The notes beneath the pieces were generated by a model that worked only from the letters and a program-made list of their open reading frames with translations, did no database searches and was not told the DNA's origin. Shown here piece by piece: positions 38,677 through 50,414 of a stretch of DNA of 64,000 nt. Position numbers and translations under genes: made by a program. The DNA lies in IMG/VR virus record IMGVR_UViG_3300009545_000018, positions 310,001-374,000 of that record. One strand, written 5' to 3'. Position 1 is the stretch's first letter. Each line of letters opens with the position of its first letter.

Positions 38677-38728
38677 TTTAGATTTTATTGATTTATCTAA
38701 TAATTAAGCATACTAAAGACAGGAGTTT

Positions 38729-39163
38729 ATGATGTCTTTTGACCTAAAACTAGATAGTGGAGATCTAGTTATAAAAAACGGATTACTTCAAACTGTAGTA
38801 GATTCAGAAAAGCTAGTACAAGATATTTTGAAAATGTGTTTAACAACAGCTGGTACAAATGCCCTTCACCCCTGGTATGGGTCTTTTATTTCTAGGACTA
38901 TCGTTGGAAACCCTATGTACAGCTCTATTTTAGTACAAATTGCTAAATCTCAATTAAATACAGCACTAGATAATCTTAAGAATTTACAAGGAATTCAAGT
39001 AAAATCTTTTCAAAGAGTTAGTGCTGATGAACAAATTAGTGCTATTTTGGATATATCTATAATTAGAAACCAAATAGATCCAAGACTTTTTGATGTAAAA
39101 CTTAAAATAATGTCTAAGGGTTATAAACCAATAACTCCTTCTTTTACGGTTTCAACTATATAA
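38729..39163 (+). CDS. Baseplate wedge gp25-like protein
   Basis: AGGAG RBS; LVQDILKMCLTTAGTNALHPWYGS matches the gp25 T-x-x-G-x-x-x-x-x-P-x-Y-G motif. Confidence 0.8.
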   Translation: MMSFDLKLDSGDLVIKNGLLQTVVDSEKLVQDILKMCLTTAGTNALHPWYGSFISRTIVGNPMYSSILVQIAKSQLNTALDNLKNLQGIQVKSFQRVSADEQISAILDISIIRNQIDPRLFDVKLKIMSKGYKPITPSFTVSTI

Positions 39164-39176
39164 TAGGGAAATATAA

Positions 39177-42100
39177 ATGGTTTCAATTAGAAGTGTCAAT
39201 GAAATAATATTAAGCCTAATAGATTTTTATAGGGTGGCTCAACCAGATCTTGACGTCAAACCAGGAACTGTAGCTAGAGATTTATTTGTTGATGGACCTT
39301 CTAGTCAATTAGCTTTACTTTACGATGAATTATCTTCAGTATCTAATCAGCAGTCTATGAGATTAGTAATTGGTTCGGATTTAGATAAACTTGCTAAAAA
39401 TTTCGGAATTATTAGAAAACAAGCCACCCCTTCTACTGGAATAGCACTTTTAACATTTTCTTCTATTAATGCTAATATTAATATTAATAAGGGAGATAAT
39501 ATTGTTGCTAATAATGGATTTTCCTTTACCGTTTCAAATGGTATTGCTGTTTCTGCGACATCATCTAATTATTATAGATCAATAGCCTCTAAATTTAGGG
39601 ATCAGTTAGATTTTGCTGGAATTTCCGATGAATTTGCTGTTGAAGTAACTGTTATTGCATCTACTGCCGGAAGTGCTGGTAACATTGGATCCTACTCATT
39701 AAATAGAACAAGTATTGCTGGTGTTTCTAATGTTACAAATATAAATTCTTTTAGAGGTGGAAATGACCAAGAAAGTGATTCTGCTTTTAGAAACAGAGTC
39801 TTATCTTCATTTAGTGGCTCAAGTGTCGGTACTTCTTTGGGATATTTAAATGTCGCTTTAAGTACTTCTGGCGTTTCTGATGCTACCGTTATTGAACCTG
39901 GTGACCCATTAATGACTAGGGATGGCACTATAGTTAATATTTCATCTGATGGAACTCATACAATCATTTCAGAAGGTACTGGTGGTAAAGTAGATGTTAT
40001 TGTTTTAGGTTCCAATTTAATAGAAAATACTGATAGTTTTATTTATAGAGATAAAAGTAATAATAATGATCCTTCTAGTGTAAAAAATGATGTTGTATTG
40101 GGTCAAATTGCCGCCGATGCTGGTAAAACCATTAATAGAAAAAGAATTGATGATATTAAAAATGGTGTTTTACCATCCCAACCTATAGATACTTTATTAC
40201 AAGTGACAGGATCAATTAGTGGCGGTAATTTTGTTGAAAAAAGTATAGATTCATATGGCAGATCTTCTGGCAACTTTGAATTAATTAAAGATCAAGGAGT
40301 TTATGGTGGAAGTCCTTTTGGATTTGATACTTTTCATTGGGTATCAGATAGAATATCAGATTTTAGTGAAGATAAAATTAAGGGGCAATTTAATGGGCAA
40401 GATGCTGTTACCTTTACTGATGTAACAGAAATTTCTAATGTTCAACAAAATTTATCTATTACTAATGAAAATAGTATAGTAACTTCGGATCGTTCAATTA
40501 TTCAATTATTACATACCCCCATCACTAATGTTACTAGGGTTTTTAACGTTAATACAGGGGAAAGATATATTATATCAAATCAAAATTTAGATCAAACTGG
40601 AACATTTAATACTACGGGTAGAATTAAAATTGCCGGAAATACATTACCTACAGCATCTGATACTTTACAAGTTGACTATAGTTGGATTGTTAATTATGAT
40701 CAATATTCTGATTTTGATGGATTGCTTGGAACATTTAATCCCAGATCTGTTACAGATAGTATTGATTGGGGATATGCATCAATTGTAAAAGATGAAAAAA
40801 TTAAATTTGATTTAAATATTGGCAATAATTTTTTTCAAGGAACATCTTCTCAGCCCATTGCTAGTATTCTATATGCTAATAAATTTTTAGAAACTGATGG
40901 TTATGTAGAACAAGTAACATCTGGAACTTTTGTTGGTAGATTGTCTGTTGTTATTAACAAATTACAAATACTTACTTCTAGTGTAGATTCGGTAACATTA
41001 AAGAATAGTAATGTAGAATTATATTCAACAGCACAAGGCAATTCCTTTGTTAGTACAGCTACTGAAGTTGTTGGAATAGAAATCTTATATGTTACAACCA
41101 TAATTTTACCATCTGATACTACGGCTATAATAGGAGATAAGGTAACAGTAATATTAAATAGTCAAAATGTATTTTCTTCAGGCTTAGTTTCTGGTAGTAA
41201 TAATGGTAATCAAATTACTATACCATCCACATTAATTGATACTCCTGCAACTTCAATAATATTAAGGGTTACTTATGTTTCTGGTGTTTCAGATTTGTTA
41301 TCAAATGCTACAACATCTTTGCCTGCTAGTAGAAATGGCAATGGATTTAATTTATTAAGTAACAATGGATTTACTAATTTTAGTGTTGTAAATATGGTTA
41401 GAAGAGAACATCAGGTTGTTCAAAAAAATCTAAGCAACCAATATTATGTTGAATTAAATTTACCCAGCACGGAATTTACTTTAAATTCTGATCAAATAAT
41501 TTCAGCTATTAGATTATCTGATAATTTAGAATTATGGAACTTTAGTAATGTCGGATTAGTATCTATTGGAACGTCTGGAAATTTTCAATTAATTTTTAAT
41601 GGTGTTAATTCTCCTGTTATTGGAGATAGAGTATTAGTTATATATTATGCCACTGATTCTAGAAAATTTCAACCTTTTAGTTTCAGTAATTCATTGATAA
41701 AAACAAAAATAAATGAATTGTCCATTGATTCTCCGAATAAATTTAATGTTTCTATTAATGAGTTTGTTAATCAAGGATCAGGATTATCATTTAATATAAT
41801 AGAGCCAAATACTAACATTATTTTATATGGAGTGACTGATGGTTATTTATCCAATACCTTAGTGAATGGTGTTGCTGACATTTCTAGTTTAACAGTTAAT
41901 TTTTCATCTACTAATGATATTTTATATAAAAAAATTGTAATAACTGGAGCCAATACTGCAAATAATAATGGAATATATGATATTATTGCTTATGATAATT
42001 TAACTAATAAAATAAAAATAACAAATACATTAAATAATATAAAACATGATCAAATATCTATTGTAAGAATATTAGATGGACAAGAATTATGGAATTATTC

Positions 42101-43277
42101 TGGAACAATAGATATTGCTAATAATAAGTTAATATTTAATGAGACAAACTCTAGTCATGTTAATGATGGAGTTTTTGTTATGTTTTTTAACTATAATAAT
42201 TTAAGAAAAGCTCCGACAAGAATTATTGGAAATATCGTGGATCAAATTAATAATACTGGAGTAGTTTCTATTGCAGGAACTTCTTTATCAATTGCAAAAG
42301 ATATTATTTTTACTGCCACTAATACTGGGTTAAAGTTAAATTTATCAGAGGCTTTAAGAAAAACTTTAAATATTAGTTCGACAGCACCATTATCTAGCGG
42401 ATATAAAATTGCTAAAATTATAAAAGTAGAAAAAGTAATTACTGCCAGTGCTACTGATGATACAGTTTTAAAAGTTTTAAGTACATATGATGTTAAAAAT
42501 ACAATAATACAAAATAATTTATTATATTCTGATTTTATGTTAGGAGATTTATCTTTACAAAATCTTGATTTTATTTTACCAAGTACACAAAACAATACTT
42601 TAGATGTAGAAACACATAATTTACCTAAATTAGGAGATAAAATAAGGATCACTTTTTATTATACTTATGATAATGACTCTGAAAACCTTTCATATACTAG
42701 AAATGGAACATTATATAGTAATAAAAAATTTGCATTAATAAATAAGATTTATATTTCTAGTGGATTTAAATCGTCACAATCTACAAAATTTACTGTAACT
42801 TCATTTACCCAACCCAGCTTGGGTGCTAGATATAAAGTCTTTTATGACTACTTAGCTCCAAAGCAAAATGAAAGAATTATAGTTAAATATAATTATAATA
42901 AATTGTTGGGAGATGTTACTTTTAATTTAGAAGATGCTAGACCTATTAATGCAGATGTTTTAGCTAGAGAAGCAAAATTAACTGAGTTGAATCTTACTAT
43001 GAATGTAGTGATTGATAATGATTATAAGTCGTCTACTAATACGGTGTTACAGAATTTAAGAGATAAATTAACTACAGCGCTGACTACCAATACTTTGGGC
43101 AATGTTATTGACGCTGTAACTTTAATAAATACTGCTCAAGCAGTTGCGGGCATTGCAAGAGCTAGAATATTATATTTTAATAAAGTTGGTGGAATTGGGC
43201 AAGTACTTAAAGTGCAAGCACAAAAAGATGAATATTTTGCTCCAAACAATGTTATAATTAATACTGAGACTAGATAA
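39177..43277 (+). CDS. Baseplate J-like (gp6) wedge protein with large insertion
   Basis: LDVKPGTVARDL, DLDKLAKNFGIIRKQATPSTG, AGSAGNIG, GGNDQESDSAFRNR baseplate-J motifs; follows gp25. Confidence 0.85.
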   Translation: MVSIRSVNEIILSLIDFYRVAQPDLDVKPGTVARDLFVDGPSSQLALLYDELSSVSNQQSMRLVIGSDLDKLAKNFGIIRKQATPSTGIALLTFSSINANININKGDNIVANNGFSFTVSNGIAVSATSSNYYRSIASKFRDQLDFAGISDEFAVEVTVIASTAGSAGNIGSYSLNRTSIAGVSNVTNINSFRGGNDQESDSAFRNRVLSSFSGSSVGTSLGYLNVALSTSGVSDATVIEPGDPLMTRDGTIVNISSDGTHTIISEGTGGKVDVIVLGSNLIENTDSFIYRDKSNNNDPSSVKNDVVLGQIAADAGKTINRKRIDDIKNGVLPSQPIDTLLQVTGSISGGNFVEKSIDSYGRSSGNFELIKDQGVYGGSPFGFDTFHWVSDRISDFSEDKIKGQFNGQDAVTFTDVTEISNVQQNLSITNENSIVTSDRSIIQLLHTPITNVTRVFNVNTGERYIISNQNLDQTGTFNTTGRIKIAGNTLPTASDTLQVDYSWIVNYDQYSDFDGLLGTFNPRSVTDSIDWGYASIVKDEKIKFDLNIGNNFFQGTSSQPIASILYANKFLETDGYVEQVTSGTFVGRLSVVINKLQILTSSVDSVTLKNSNVELYSTAQGNSFVSTATEVVGIEILYVTTIILPSDTTAIIGDKVTVILNSQNVFSSGLVSGSNNGNQITIPSTLIDTPATSIILRVTYVSGVSDLLSNATTSLPASRNGNGFNLLSNNGFTNFSVVNMVRREHQVVQKNLSNQYYVELNLPSTEFTLNSDQIISAIRLSDNLELWNFSNVGLVSIGTSGNFQLIFNGVNSPVIGDRVLVIYYATDSRKFQPFSFSNSLIKTKINELSIDSPNKFNVSINEFVNQGSGLSFNIIEPNTNIILYGVTDGYLSNTLVNGVADISSLTVNFSSTNDILYKKIVITGANTANNNGIYDIIAYDNLTNKIKITNTLNNIKHDQISIVRILDGQELWNYSGTIDIANNKLIFNETNSSHVNDGVFVMFFNYNNLRKAPTRIIGNIVDQINNTGVVSIAGTSLSIAKDIIFTATNTGLKLNLSEALRKTLNISSTAPLSSGYKIAKIIKVEKVITASATDDTVLKVLSTYDVKNTIIQNNLLYSDFMLGDLSLQNLDFILPSTQNNTLDVETHNLPKLGDKIRITFYYTYDNDSENLSYTRNGTLYSNKKFALINKIYISSGFKSSQSTKFTVTSFTQPSLGARYKVFYDYLAPKQNERIIVKYNYNKLLGDVTFNLEDARPINADVLAREAKLTELNLTMNVVIDNDYKSSTNTVLQNLRDKLTTALTTNTLGNVIDAVTLINTAQAVAGIARARILYFNKVGGIGQVLKVQAQKDEYFAPNNVIINTETR

Positions 43278-46200
43278 TGGGTAACCTTAGAATACAAAAT
43301 GTAGAAGTAATAGACGTTTCTAATATTAAAGTAGTATTTACCGAAGATTTAAATACTAATTTAGTAATTGAAAACATTTCTATCATATCTGATACTAATA
43401 ATGTTCCAAATGCAGAAGTATTAAGTTTGAAAATTAAAGGAAATACTTTAACATTTAAATGTTTGCCTTTAAGCCCTTTAGCATCATATTTTTTAACATT
43501 TCAATCTATTAATTTACATCCATTTACTTCCTTGCATGGAGATTATAGATTAGCTGAAGATGGTATTACAAATAAATATTTAATTATAGCTCCATTATCT
43601 CCAGACAATCCCGTTCAAAATTATTTTGGTTCTTTTTATAAAGATAATATTTATAATATAGATGATGATACTACTTTAGTTGGAAAATATATTCAATCAT
43701 TATCTGTAATTTTATCTAGAGCTTTATATGATATTAGACAAGTTAAAAACGAAAATTATTTGTCTTTTGATGTAATTGATGAAAAAAAAGTTCGTGGAGC
43801 AGGACCTTTTGATCGACTTGATGAAGAGGGGGCTTATGAAATTGTACGTTTAGGACGAGCCCCAAGCTCTAACAAGGGAGCTGCTAAGTTTCAATATGAT
43901 GAATTTCCACGATTTCCTATTACTTTACAAAAAAATGTGGCAAATGAAAACATTTTACCAAATTCAACCAATGATATTGGTATTTTTAATGTTAATACTT
44001 TAATATTAAATCTTGGCTCTTTTCCCATTACTAAAGTTACAAGTATTGTATTTTTACAAAGTACATCAACTCCAAAGATCATATATGATATTTCTTCATT
44101 AGGATATCAAATAAAAGACTCTCGTTATGATCAAGATTATGCTTTTAGTTATGCTACATTAGAAGATAATCAAATTAAACTTAATGATAAAATTCTTGAA
44201 AATTCTAATTTTTCTTTAGATTCTATTATTAGAGTAGAAGTTATTTATGAATATAAAAATTTGGGTGTTGTTGTTGATCCAAATAGTGTTAAAGTAACTA
44301 CAATATTTGATGTGATTAGAGAAGAATTGCCTCCAATTATTAATATTTTTAATTTAAAAAACTCTCCAATTGTAGATTCTAATGGAGATATTTCTGGATT
44401 GGGAGGCGTTACATTTACTGATCCAAATAATAATATTATAAATTCCTTACATCCTGCATTTAAAAAAGAAATTGTATTTAGATTAAATGGTTTGCCATCT
44501 TTGCCTGGACAATATGCTATTGATTATGAAACCGGAACAGTTTATGTATATGGTGAAGATTTAAATAATAATGGAACTGGACCATATCCACCGCTGGCTA
44601 CATATAAATACAAATACACTTTTAAATCTGATCAAGATTATACTTATGATTCTAGTTTGTTTGATTTAGTTGCTCTTCCTTTAGGAAATTTAATAAATGA
44701 GGATGGGACTATTGTTTTTAATTATGAAGAAGTTTTGATTCCAGGATTAGATTATAATGCGGCTTTACATCAAGAAGAACTTTCTGAAAGAATAGAAAAT
44801 AGGTTAGTGGCATTAAATGCCTTTAGAACAATTCATTCTCCTATCACTAATGTATTTAGAATTTTTAATGAAACATCAGGAGAAATATATACTCTTAGTA
44901 GATGGAATGATGATAAAATATATTTTAGATATAATAATCCTCCTAAAGTAATTTCTCAAATTGGTGAACGGTCTTCATTTGCATCTCAAATAAATGAAAT
45001 GTTATTTGCAAATACAGTACTACAAAATGCATTGCCATTAAGAATATTTAAAATATTTTTAAATAACAATACAATTATCTCTTCAACTGAAGATAGTGTT
45101 GGTTCATCATTTAATTCTAGTGTTACTTTTACTAATGGTAATATATTTATAATTGAACGATGGTTTGATAAAGATGCTACTGAATCAGTAAATATTAATA
45201 GACTAACAAATATAGGAGATTATGTTATAGATTATATTAATGGTATAGTTTATATTGCTGTAAGTAGTACTCAAGATTTTAATTTAGGAAGTATTAGTTA
45301 TAAATATAATAGTATTAAACCCACTTATCCACATGTAATTAGTGTTGAAGATATTTATTATCGTTTTAGTTCATTAGTACCTAAAAATAAAAATTTTAAG
45401 TATACTTCATTTGATGATGGTAGTATAGTTCCAGAAAACATTGACAGTGCGGATGAATTATATTTAAATGAAAATTCATCTGCGCCTTATCAAATTTACA
45501 ATAATTCTGTGGGCATTTTTTTCAATTCTTCTTTTGTGCCAGGAGTTACTAATCAAGTAAAATTTGTACGTAGTATTTTTGAGCACAATGATCTATTAAA
45601 TAATACTAATCCTATTAATTTTGCTAATTATAGCGTATCTAATGGATTTAATATTACTGTGGGAGAAATTAATAAACAAGTATTTGATACTGTTAAATAT
45701 GATGGATATAATTATTACGTTAATGTTAATGAAAATATTCCATATTTATCTCCAAATATTAATTTTTATTTTAATGTTACTAGAGCTTCTGATGGTCAAA
45801 ATTTGTGGGATAATGCTGGAATAATAGAAGAGGGAAATATATTAAAGCTTATTTTGTCAGGAGTAAATTCACCATCTATTGGTGATTTAGTTACAATTAA
45901 TTATATTTTCTCAATAAATAATTTGTCTAGAATTGTCATAGATTATAATAAAGGCGATTTATTTGTAGATTATACTTATGTGGCAGATGAAATTATTGTT
46001 AGTTATGAATATGGTGATAATATTATTGATTTTAGATCTAGCAAATCTCTTTCGGCAAATACCGAATATTATGCCAGTTATAAAGTAGGTGCTTTAAGAG
46101 ATGCTCTATTAAAAAACTTTGGAACTTTAGTTAATATTCCAGAATTAACTAATTTTGATGTTGATTTTAATAGAGAAAGATATCGTGATTCTTTAATGGC

Positions 46201-49200
46201 AGCCTTATCTTCTTTCATTCAAGGACCCACATTAAATGCTATTAAAAATATTGGAAAAACTATTTCTCATATTGAGCCTGAGGTTATTGAATCAATATTT
46301 GAAGGCTGGTCTTTGGGTAATAGTTTATTGTTTCCACAAGAAATTAAAACTGAAGGAAATTTTACTTTATCACCAGCCAAATATGGTAATGGGGCTTTAA
46401 TTAATGATCCAGATCAAAAAATTAGTTTACCAGTTTCTTCTAATATAAGATTAGAGGAGGGTACTTTTGAGACTTGGATCTATCCACAATGGAGTGGTTT
46501 AGATAATGATTCCAATTTAACTTTTATTATTACTAAAGATGGATATTCAATTGATCCATCAGAAGTTTTTGTAGGACCTGCAGAATATCATCCGAATTTT
46601 GTTTCAGGAAAATTTACTATAAATAAAAACAGTAATGTAGAAGGTCAGCCTCATTTTAATAAAGATGGTTTATTTATATACTATGATATAGATCCTTCTG
46701 GTACTTTTAAAAGATGGTATGTTAATTTGTTAGATGGATATGTTTCTACCAATACATCTAATTATAAAATTAAAATTGAAACAGATGGTTCTTTTTATGA
46801 TGTTAAAACTTTAGTTTTACCTAAACAAAGTAATGTTTTTCTATTTAGTGGCATTAATTCTGTTACATTAAGTTTTAATGGTGGCGGTACCATTGATGAT
46901 GGCATAACATTTGTTTCTGATATTGATCATTATATAATGGATTTTGGAGAAAACACTACTAAGAGTAGGCTATCTATTTTTAAAGATATTAGTGGATATT
47001 TAAATTTTAGAGTATACGATAAAAATAAAACATCATATATAGTTAGTTCAGATGTATCTTCTTGGAATTTAGGTGAACCACATCATATTGCCGCTTCTTG
47101 GAAACTAAATACTCAAAATGATAGAGATGAAATCCATTTATTCATTGATGGATTAGAGGTACCAAATATAATTAAATATGGACAAAAGCTTAGACCATAT
47201 TTACATGAAAAATTTAGAACTATTAATCCAGAAGAAATTGTAGGATTAACAGGAAAAGATATTGTATCATCAATTGATTTACATACAGTATTAAATAGTA
47301 ATGTGGTTACTTCTAGTTTAAATTTTAGTGCTTATAATATATCAATAGGTGATATTATTTATATAGATGAAGACGGATTTAATACTGCGGGTTATACTAT
47401 AACCAATATATTGGGGCAATCTTTAACATTAAATTCTCCTATGCCTATTTCTTTAACTAATGGCAGATTTTCTATTAATAGAACTCAGTATACTATTACT
47501 TCAGAAATAGACATTTTTCCAAATATAGCAATATCTACAATTCATGTATTTATTAATAACAATAATTTATCAGGATCAATAAATGGTAACACTGTTACCT
47601 CAATAGGATCAAATTTTGAAACAAATGGTGTATTGCCTGGTTATTTAATTAGAATTAATGGGGACTCAGAACTGCCATTAGCTGTAACTATATTGCAGGT
47701 TTCTGGGGATACATTAGTTATTGACGCGGAATTGTCAGTTAATCTTAGTAATACTGATTTTTGGATTTATTCAAATATAGAAGAAGAGATTCCTGGGGTC
47801 AGGGCGCTATTTCCATCTTATTCTATTTCTAAAGATAGTAGCTTTAATAATATTTTAACAATTTCTAATAATGTCTTTGCCGATGATTTAATTTTGATTA
47901 GAACTTTAGGTTTAAATTTTAGAAAAATTAATCGTGATTATTATGTATGGGGACATGATCAAGAAAATATCTTGATGACAAAAATGCCACCTCCCATATC
48001 TTTAGATGAAGTAAAAATATATAAAAACATTTTACCTAAAACTGCTATAAATTCTAATAATGCAACCTATTCAGCAGGTTTATATACTTCTAGCAACTTA
48101 ATTACGGCTCAACCATCTAATTCACAAATTGGTAGAACTATTAGTGTAACTATAGCTGGAAACAATGTAGATTTCTCGGCGCCTGTATATGTGTATATTC
48201 AAGGCGTATCAGGAATTACACCAACATCTGAGTTTATATCATTTAGTGATTATGGAACCTTAGATTTTACAAATATGTATGTGTCTATTGATTTTGTAAG
48301 TGTTATTGTAAAGCCAATAAATTTAAATAGGGACGCTGTATCAATAGAAATAAAAGAAAAATACATTATCACACACAGCGAGTTAAGTGGAGAGGTTCCT
48401 GTTATTAGATTTAGTTATCAAATGAATCATGGTGAAAATTTATATAATGATACTGCTTTTACAGTAAGAGATGACAATAACTTATTTAGCTACTCTGATA
48501 TAGGAAATTATTTATTAATTCAACAGCCAATTAATGTGGCTGGATACTATAAAATTACTAATATTTCTGAAGACAGAAAAACTTTATATATAGAATCAAC
48601 AGTAGCTTCTTTTATTCAACCTTTAGATAATTTTAGTGGTGGTGTTTATCAAATATTAAATACTACAGCTTATAGGAGTGGATTACAAAGCGGATATTTT
48701 ACTTTAGAATCAGAATTATTGCCAAGTGTGGGATACATGTTGTCAAGAGGATTCTATGAAATAGAATATACAACATACTGTACTATTAAGTTTGATCCTT
48801 TACATAAAAATGTATTTTTTGGAAGTGATTTTAATGGCAATAAACAATTAAATGCCATTATGGATCAAATAAAAGTATATTCAATAATGTTAACTGACAC
48901 TAGAGTTGGAGAAAGTATACCAAGTAATCAAAGATCAATTACTAAAGATTTTAATTCATTAAAGGCACTTAAATCTGATAAAAATACACTTCTTTTAATT
49001 AATTTTGATGAATTTCCATTTGTAAATGAGGCAGATAAATATATAGAAAAAGATATTGTTAAACATCACTTTTTCTCTCCCGTAGTTGTTAATGAAAATT
49101 TTGGCAACAGTGTGGTAATACAAAATAATCCAATTATCTTATCTAATGATGGAATTTTAGATACAAGAAAAGAAGGAAGTATTGAGTTTTGGGTTAATCC

Positions 49201-50407
49201 AATTTACGATACTGGCAATGATCCTGTAGAAAGATATTATTTTGACGCATTTGGTGCTGTAATAGAAAATGTTGTTAGTATTAATGATGTTACTGTGAAA
49301 GTAAAAGGATCAGTAAGTAAAATATTAAATGTTAAATTAGAAAATGGAGATAATAAAACAGATTATTTTGCTGGTGGCAAAGTTGAAATTGATTCTCAAA
49401 GATCTATACAAGAAAATAGTATAAGTATAGGTAATAGTACAGCACAATCCTCTAAACAAATATTACAAGTAATTTCTGTAAAAATTGTTGGAGATAGAAC
49501 TAATACAGATTATTTTACAAATGGTACGGTTGGTTCAGATAAAAAAACTATTTATCTGGGCAAAACTTTACCATCTATTAACTTACCTATTATTATTACA
49601 TATCAGCCCACAGAAAGTGGATCCGATACCATTAATACTCAAGTTATTAGATTAAATAAAATTTTACCATATCAAAATACTAAAGTAACCGTTACTTATA
49701 TTCCTAAGGGTCTTCAAGGTGATCGAATTTCTATTTATAAAGATAAGTTTGGGTTTATTAATTTTGGTATTACAGCCTCTGGAACTGATTATTTAGTTAA
49801 AGCTCCTACTTTTTGGGTCCATAATACTTGGCATCGAGTTAAAGCAAGTTATAAAATTAATGGTGGAATAAGTTCTGATGAAATTAGATTATTTGTAGAT
49901 GGCTATGAATTTTCAAAAACTTTATTTGGTGTTGGTCTTATTTCAAATGATTTATTTTCAGATCAAGTTAGCTTTAATATGAGTGATGGTTATAATATCA
50001 AATTTAAAGATCCTATAAATTACTTATTTATAGGATCTGAGTTTACTCAAAGAAAGCCAATTTTTAGTTTGATTGATAATTTTAGAATCAGCAATATTTC
50101 TAGACCTATTTATCAGCCATACGGAGAGCCCATAGATGTGAATTATAGCAGCAATTTAAATGCTGTATTGCCTGTTACACATGATTTGTATACTACATAT
50201 TTATTAGATTTAGATAATACAAGAATTAAAAATACTGATTTTTCTCTAATTAAGAATAAAGAAACAGGATTATTTAGCTTTTTAGTAAATATTTTTGATT
50301 CCTTTGGTATAATAAATAGTAGTCCTAAAGTTCAAGAAGTATTGGAAAAATTAATAAAAATACTTAAGCCCGCTAACTCTAGGGTATTTATTAAGTATTA
50401 TAGGTGA
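43277..50407 (+). CDS. Giant baseplate wedge protein (gp7/gpI-like) with LamG/concanavalin-like domains
   Basis: QGPTLNAIK wedge motif; LamG patterns EGTFETWIYPQW...HHIAASW...HLFIDG and EGSIEFWVNP...WHRVKASY...RLFVDG; terminal LKPANSRVFIKY. Confidence 0.7.
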   Translation: MGNLRIQNVEVIDVSNIKVVFTEDLNTNLVIENISIISDTNNVPNAEVLSLKIKGNTLTFKCLPLSPLASYFLTFQSINLHPFTSLHGDYRLAEDGITNKYLIIAPLSPDNPVQNYFGSFYKDNIYNIDDDTTLVGKYIQSLSVILSRALYDIRQVKNENYLSFDVIDEKKVRGAGPFDRLDEEGAYEIVRLGRAPSSNKGAAKFQYDEFPRFPITLQKNVANENILPNSTNDIGIFNVNTLILNLGSFPITKVTSIVFLQSTSTPKIIYDISSLGYQIKDSRYDQDYAFSYATLEDNQIKLNDKILENSNFSLDSIIRVEVIYEYKNLGVVVDPNSVKVTTIFDVIREELPPIINIFNLKNSPIVDSNGDISGLGGVTFTDPNNNIINSLHPAFKKEIVFRLNGLPSLPGQYAIDYETGTVYVYGEDLNNNGTGPYPPLATYKYKYTFKSDQDYTYDSSLFDLVALPLGNLINEDGTIVFNYEEVLIPGLDYNAALHQEELSERIENRLVALNAFRTIHSPITNVFRIFNETSGEIYTLSRWNDDKIYFRYNNPPKVISQIGERSSFASQINEMLFANTVLQNALPLRIFKIFLNNNTIISSTEDSVGSSFNSSVTFTNGNIFIIERWFDKDATESVNINRLTNIGDYVIDYINGIVYIAVSSTQDFNLGSISYKYNSIKPTYPHVISVEDIYYRFSSLVPKNKNFKYTSFDDGSIVPENIDSADELYLNENSSAPYQIYNNSVGIFFNSSFVPGVTNQVKFVRSIFEHNDLLNNTNPINFANYSVSNGFNITVGEINKQVFDTVKYDGYNYYVNVNENIPYLSPNINFYFNVTRASDGQNLWDNAGIIEEGNILKLILSGVNSPSIGDLVTINYIFSINNLSRIVIDYNKGDLFVDYTYVADEIIVSYEYGDNIIDFRSSKSLSANTEYYASYKVGALRDALLKNFGTLVNIPELTNFDVDFNRERYRDSLMAALSSFIQGPTLNAIKNIGKTISHIEPEVIESIFEGWSLGNSLLFPQEIKTEGNFTLSPAKYGNGALINDPDQKISLPVSSNIRLEEGTFETWIYPQWSGLDNDSNLTFIITKDGYSIDPSEVFVGPAEYHPNFVSGKFTINKNSNVEGQPHFNKDGLFIYYDIDPSGTFKRWYVNLLDGYVSTNTSNYKIKIETDGSFYDVKTLVLPKQSNVFLFSGINSVTLSFNGGGTIDDGITFVSDIDHYIMDFGENTTKSRLSIFKDISGYLNFRVYDKNKTSYIVSSDVSSWNLGEPHHIAASWKLNTQNDRDEIHLFIDGLEVPNIIKYGQKLRPYLHEKFRTINPEEIVGLTGKDIVSSIDLHTVLNSNVVTSSLNFSAYNISIGDIIYIDEDGFNTAGYTITNILGQSLTLNSPMPISLTNGRFSINRTQYTITSEIDIFPNIAISTIHVFINNNNLSGSINGNTVTSIGSNFETNGVLPGYLIRINGDSELPLAVTILQVSGDTLVIDAELSVNLSNTDFWIYSNIEEEIPGVRALFPSYSISKDSSFNNILTISNNVFADDLILIRTLGLNFRKINRDYYVWGHDQENILMTKMPPPISLDEVKIYKNILPKTAINSNNATYSAGLYTSSNLITAQPSNSQIGRTISVTIAGNNVDFSAPVYVYIQGVSGITPTSEFISFSDYGTLDFTNMYVSIDFVSVIVKPINLNRDAVSIEIKEKYIITHSELSGEVPVIRFSYQMNHGENLYNDTAFTVRDDNNLFSYSDIGNYLLIQQPINVAGYYKITNISEDRKTLYIESTVASFIQPLDNFSGGVYQILNTTAYRSGLQSGYFTLESELLPSVGYMLSRGFYEIEYTTYCTIKFDPLHKNVFFGSDFNGNKQLNAIMDQIKVYSIMLTDTRVGESIPSNQRSITKDFNSLKALKSDKNTLLLINFDEFPFVNEADKYIEKDIVKHHFFSPVVVNENFGNSVVIQNNPIILSNDGILDTRKEGSIEFWVNPIYDTGNDPVERYYFDAFGAVIENVVSINDVTVKVKGSVSKILNVKLENGDNKTDYFAGGKVEIDSQRSIQENSISIGNSTAQSSKQILQVISVKIVGDRTNTDYFTNGTVGSDKKTIYLGKTLPSINLPIIITYQPTESGSDTINTQVIRLNKILPYQNTKVTVTYIPKGLQGDRISIYKDKFGFINFGITASGTDYLVKAPTFWVHNTWHRVKASYKINGGISSDEIRLFVDGYEFSKTLFGVGLISNDLFSDQVSFNMSDGYNIKFKDPINYLFIGSEFTQRKPIFSLIDNFRISNISRPIYQPYGEPIDVNYSSNLNAVLPVTHDLYTTYLLDLDNTRIKNTDFSLIKNKETGLFSFLVNIFDSFGIINSSPKVQEVLEKLIKILKPANSRVFIKYYR

Positions 50408-50414
50408 GATAAAT

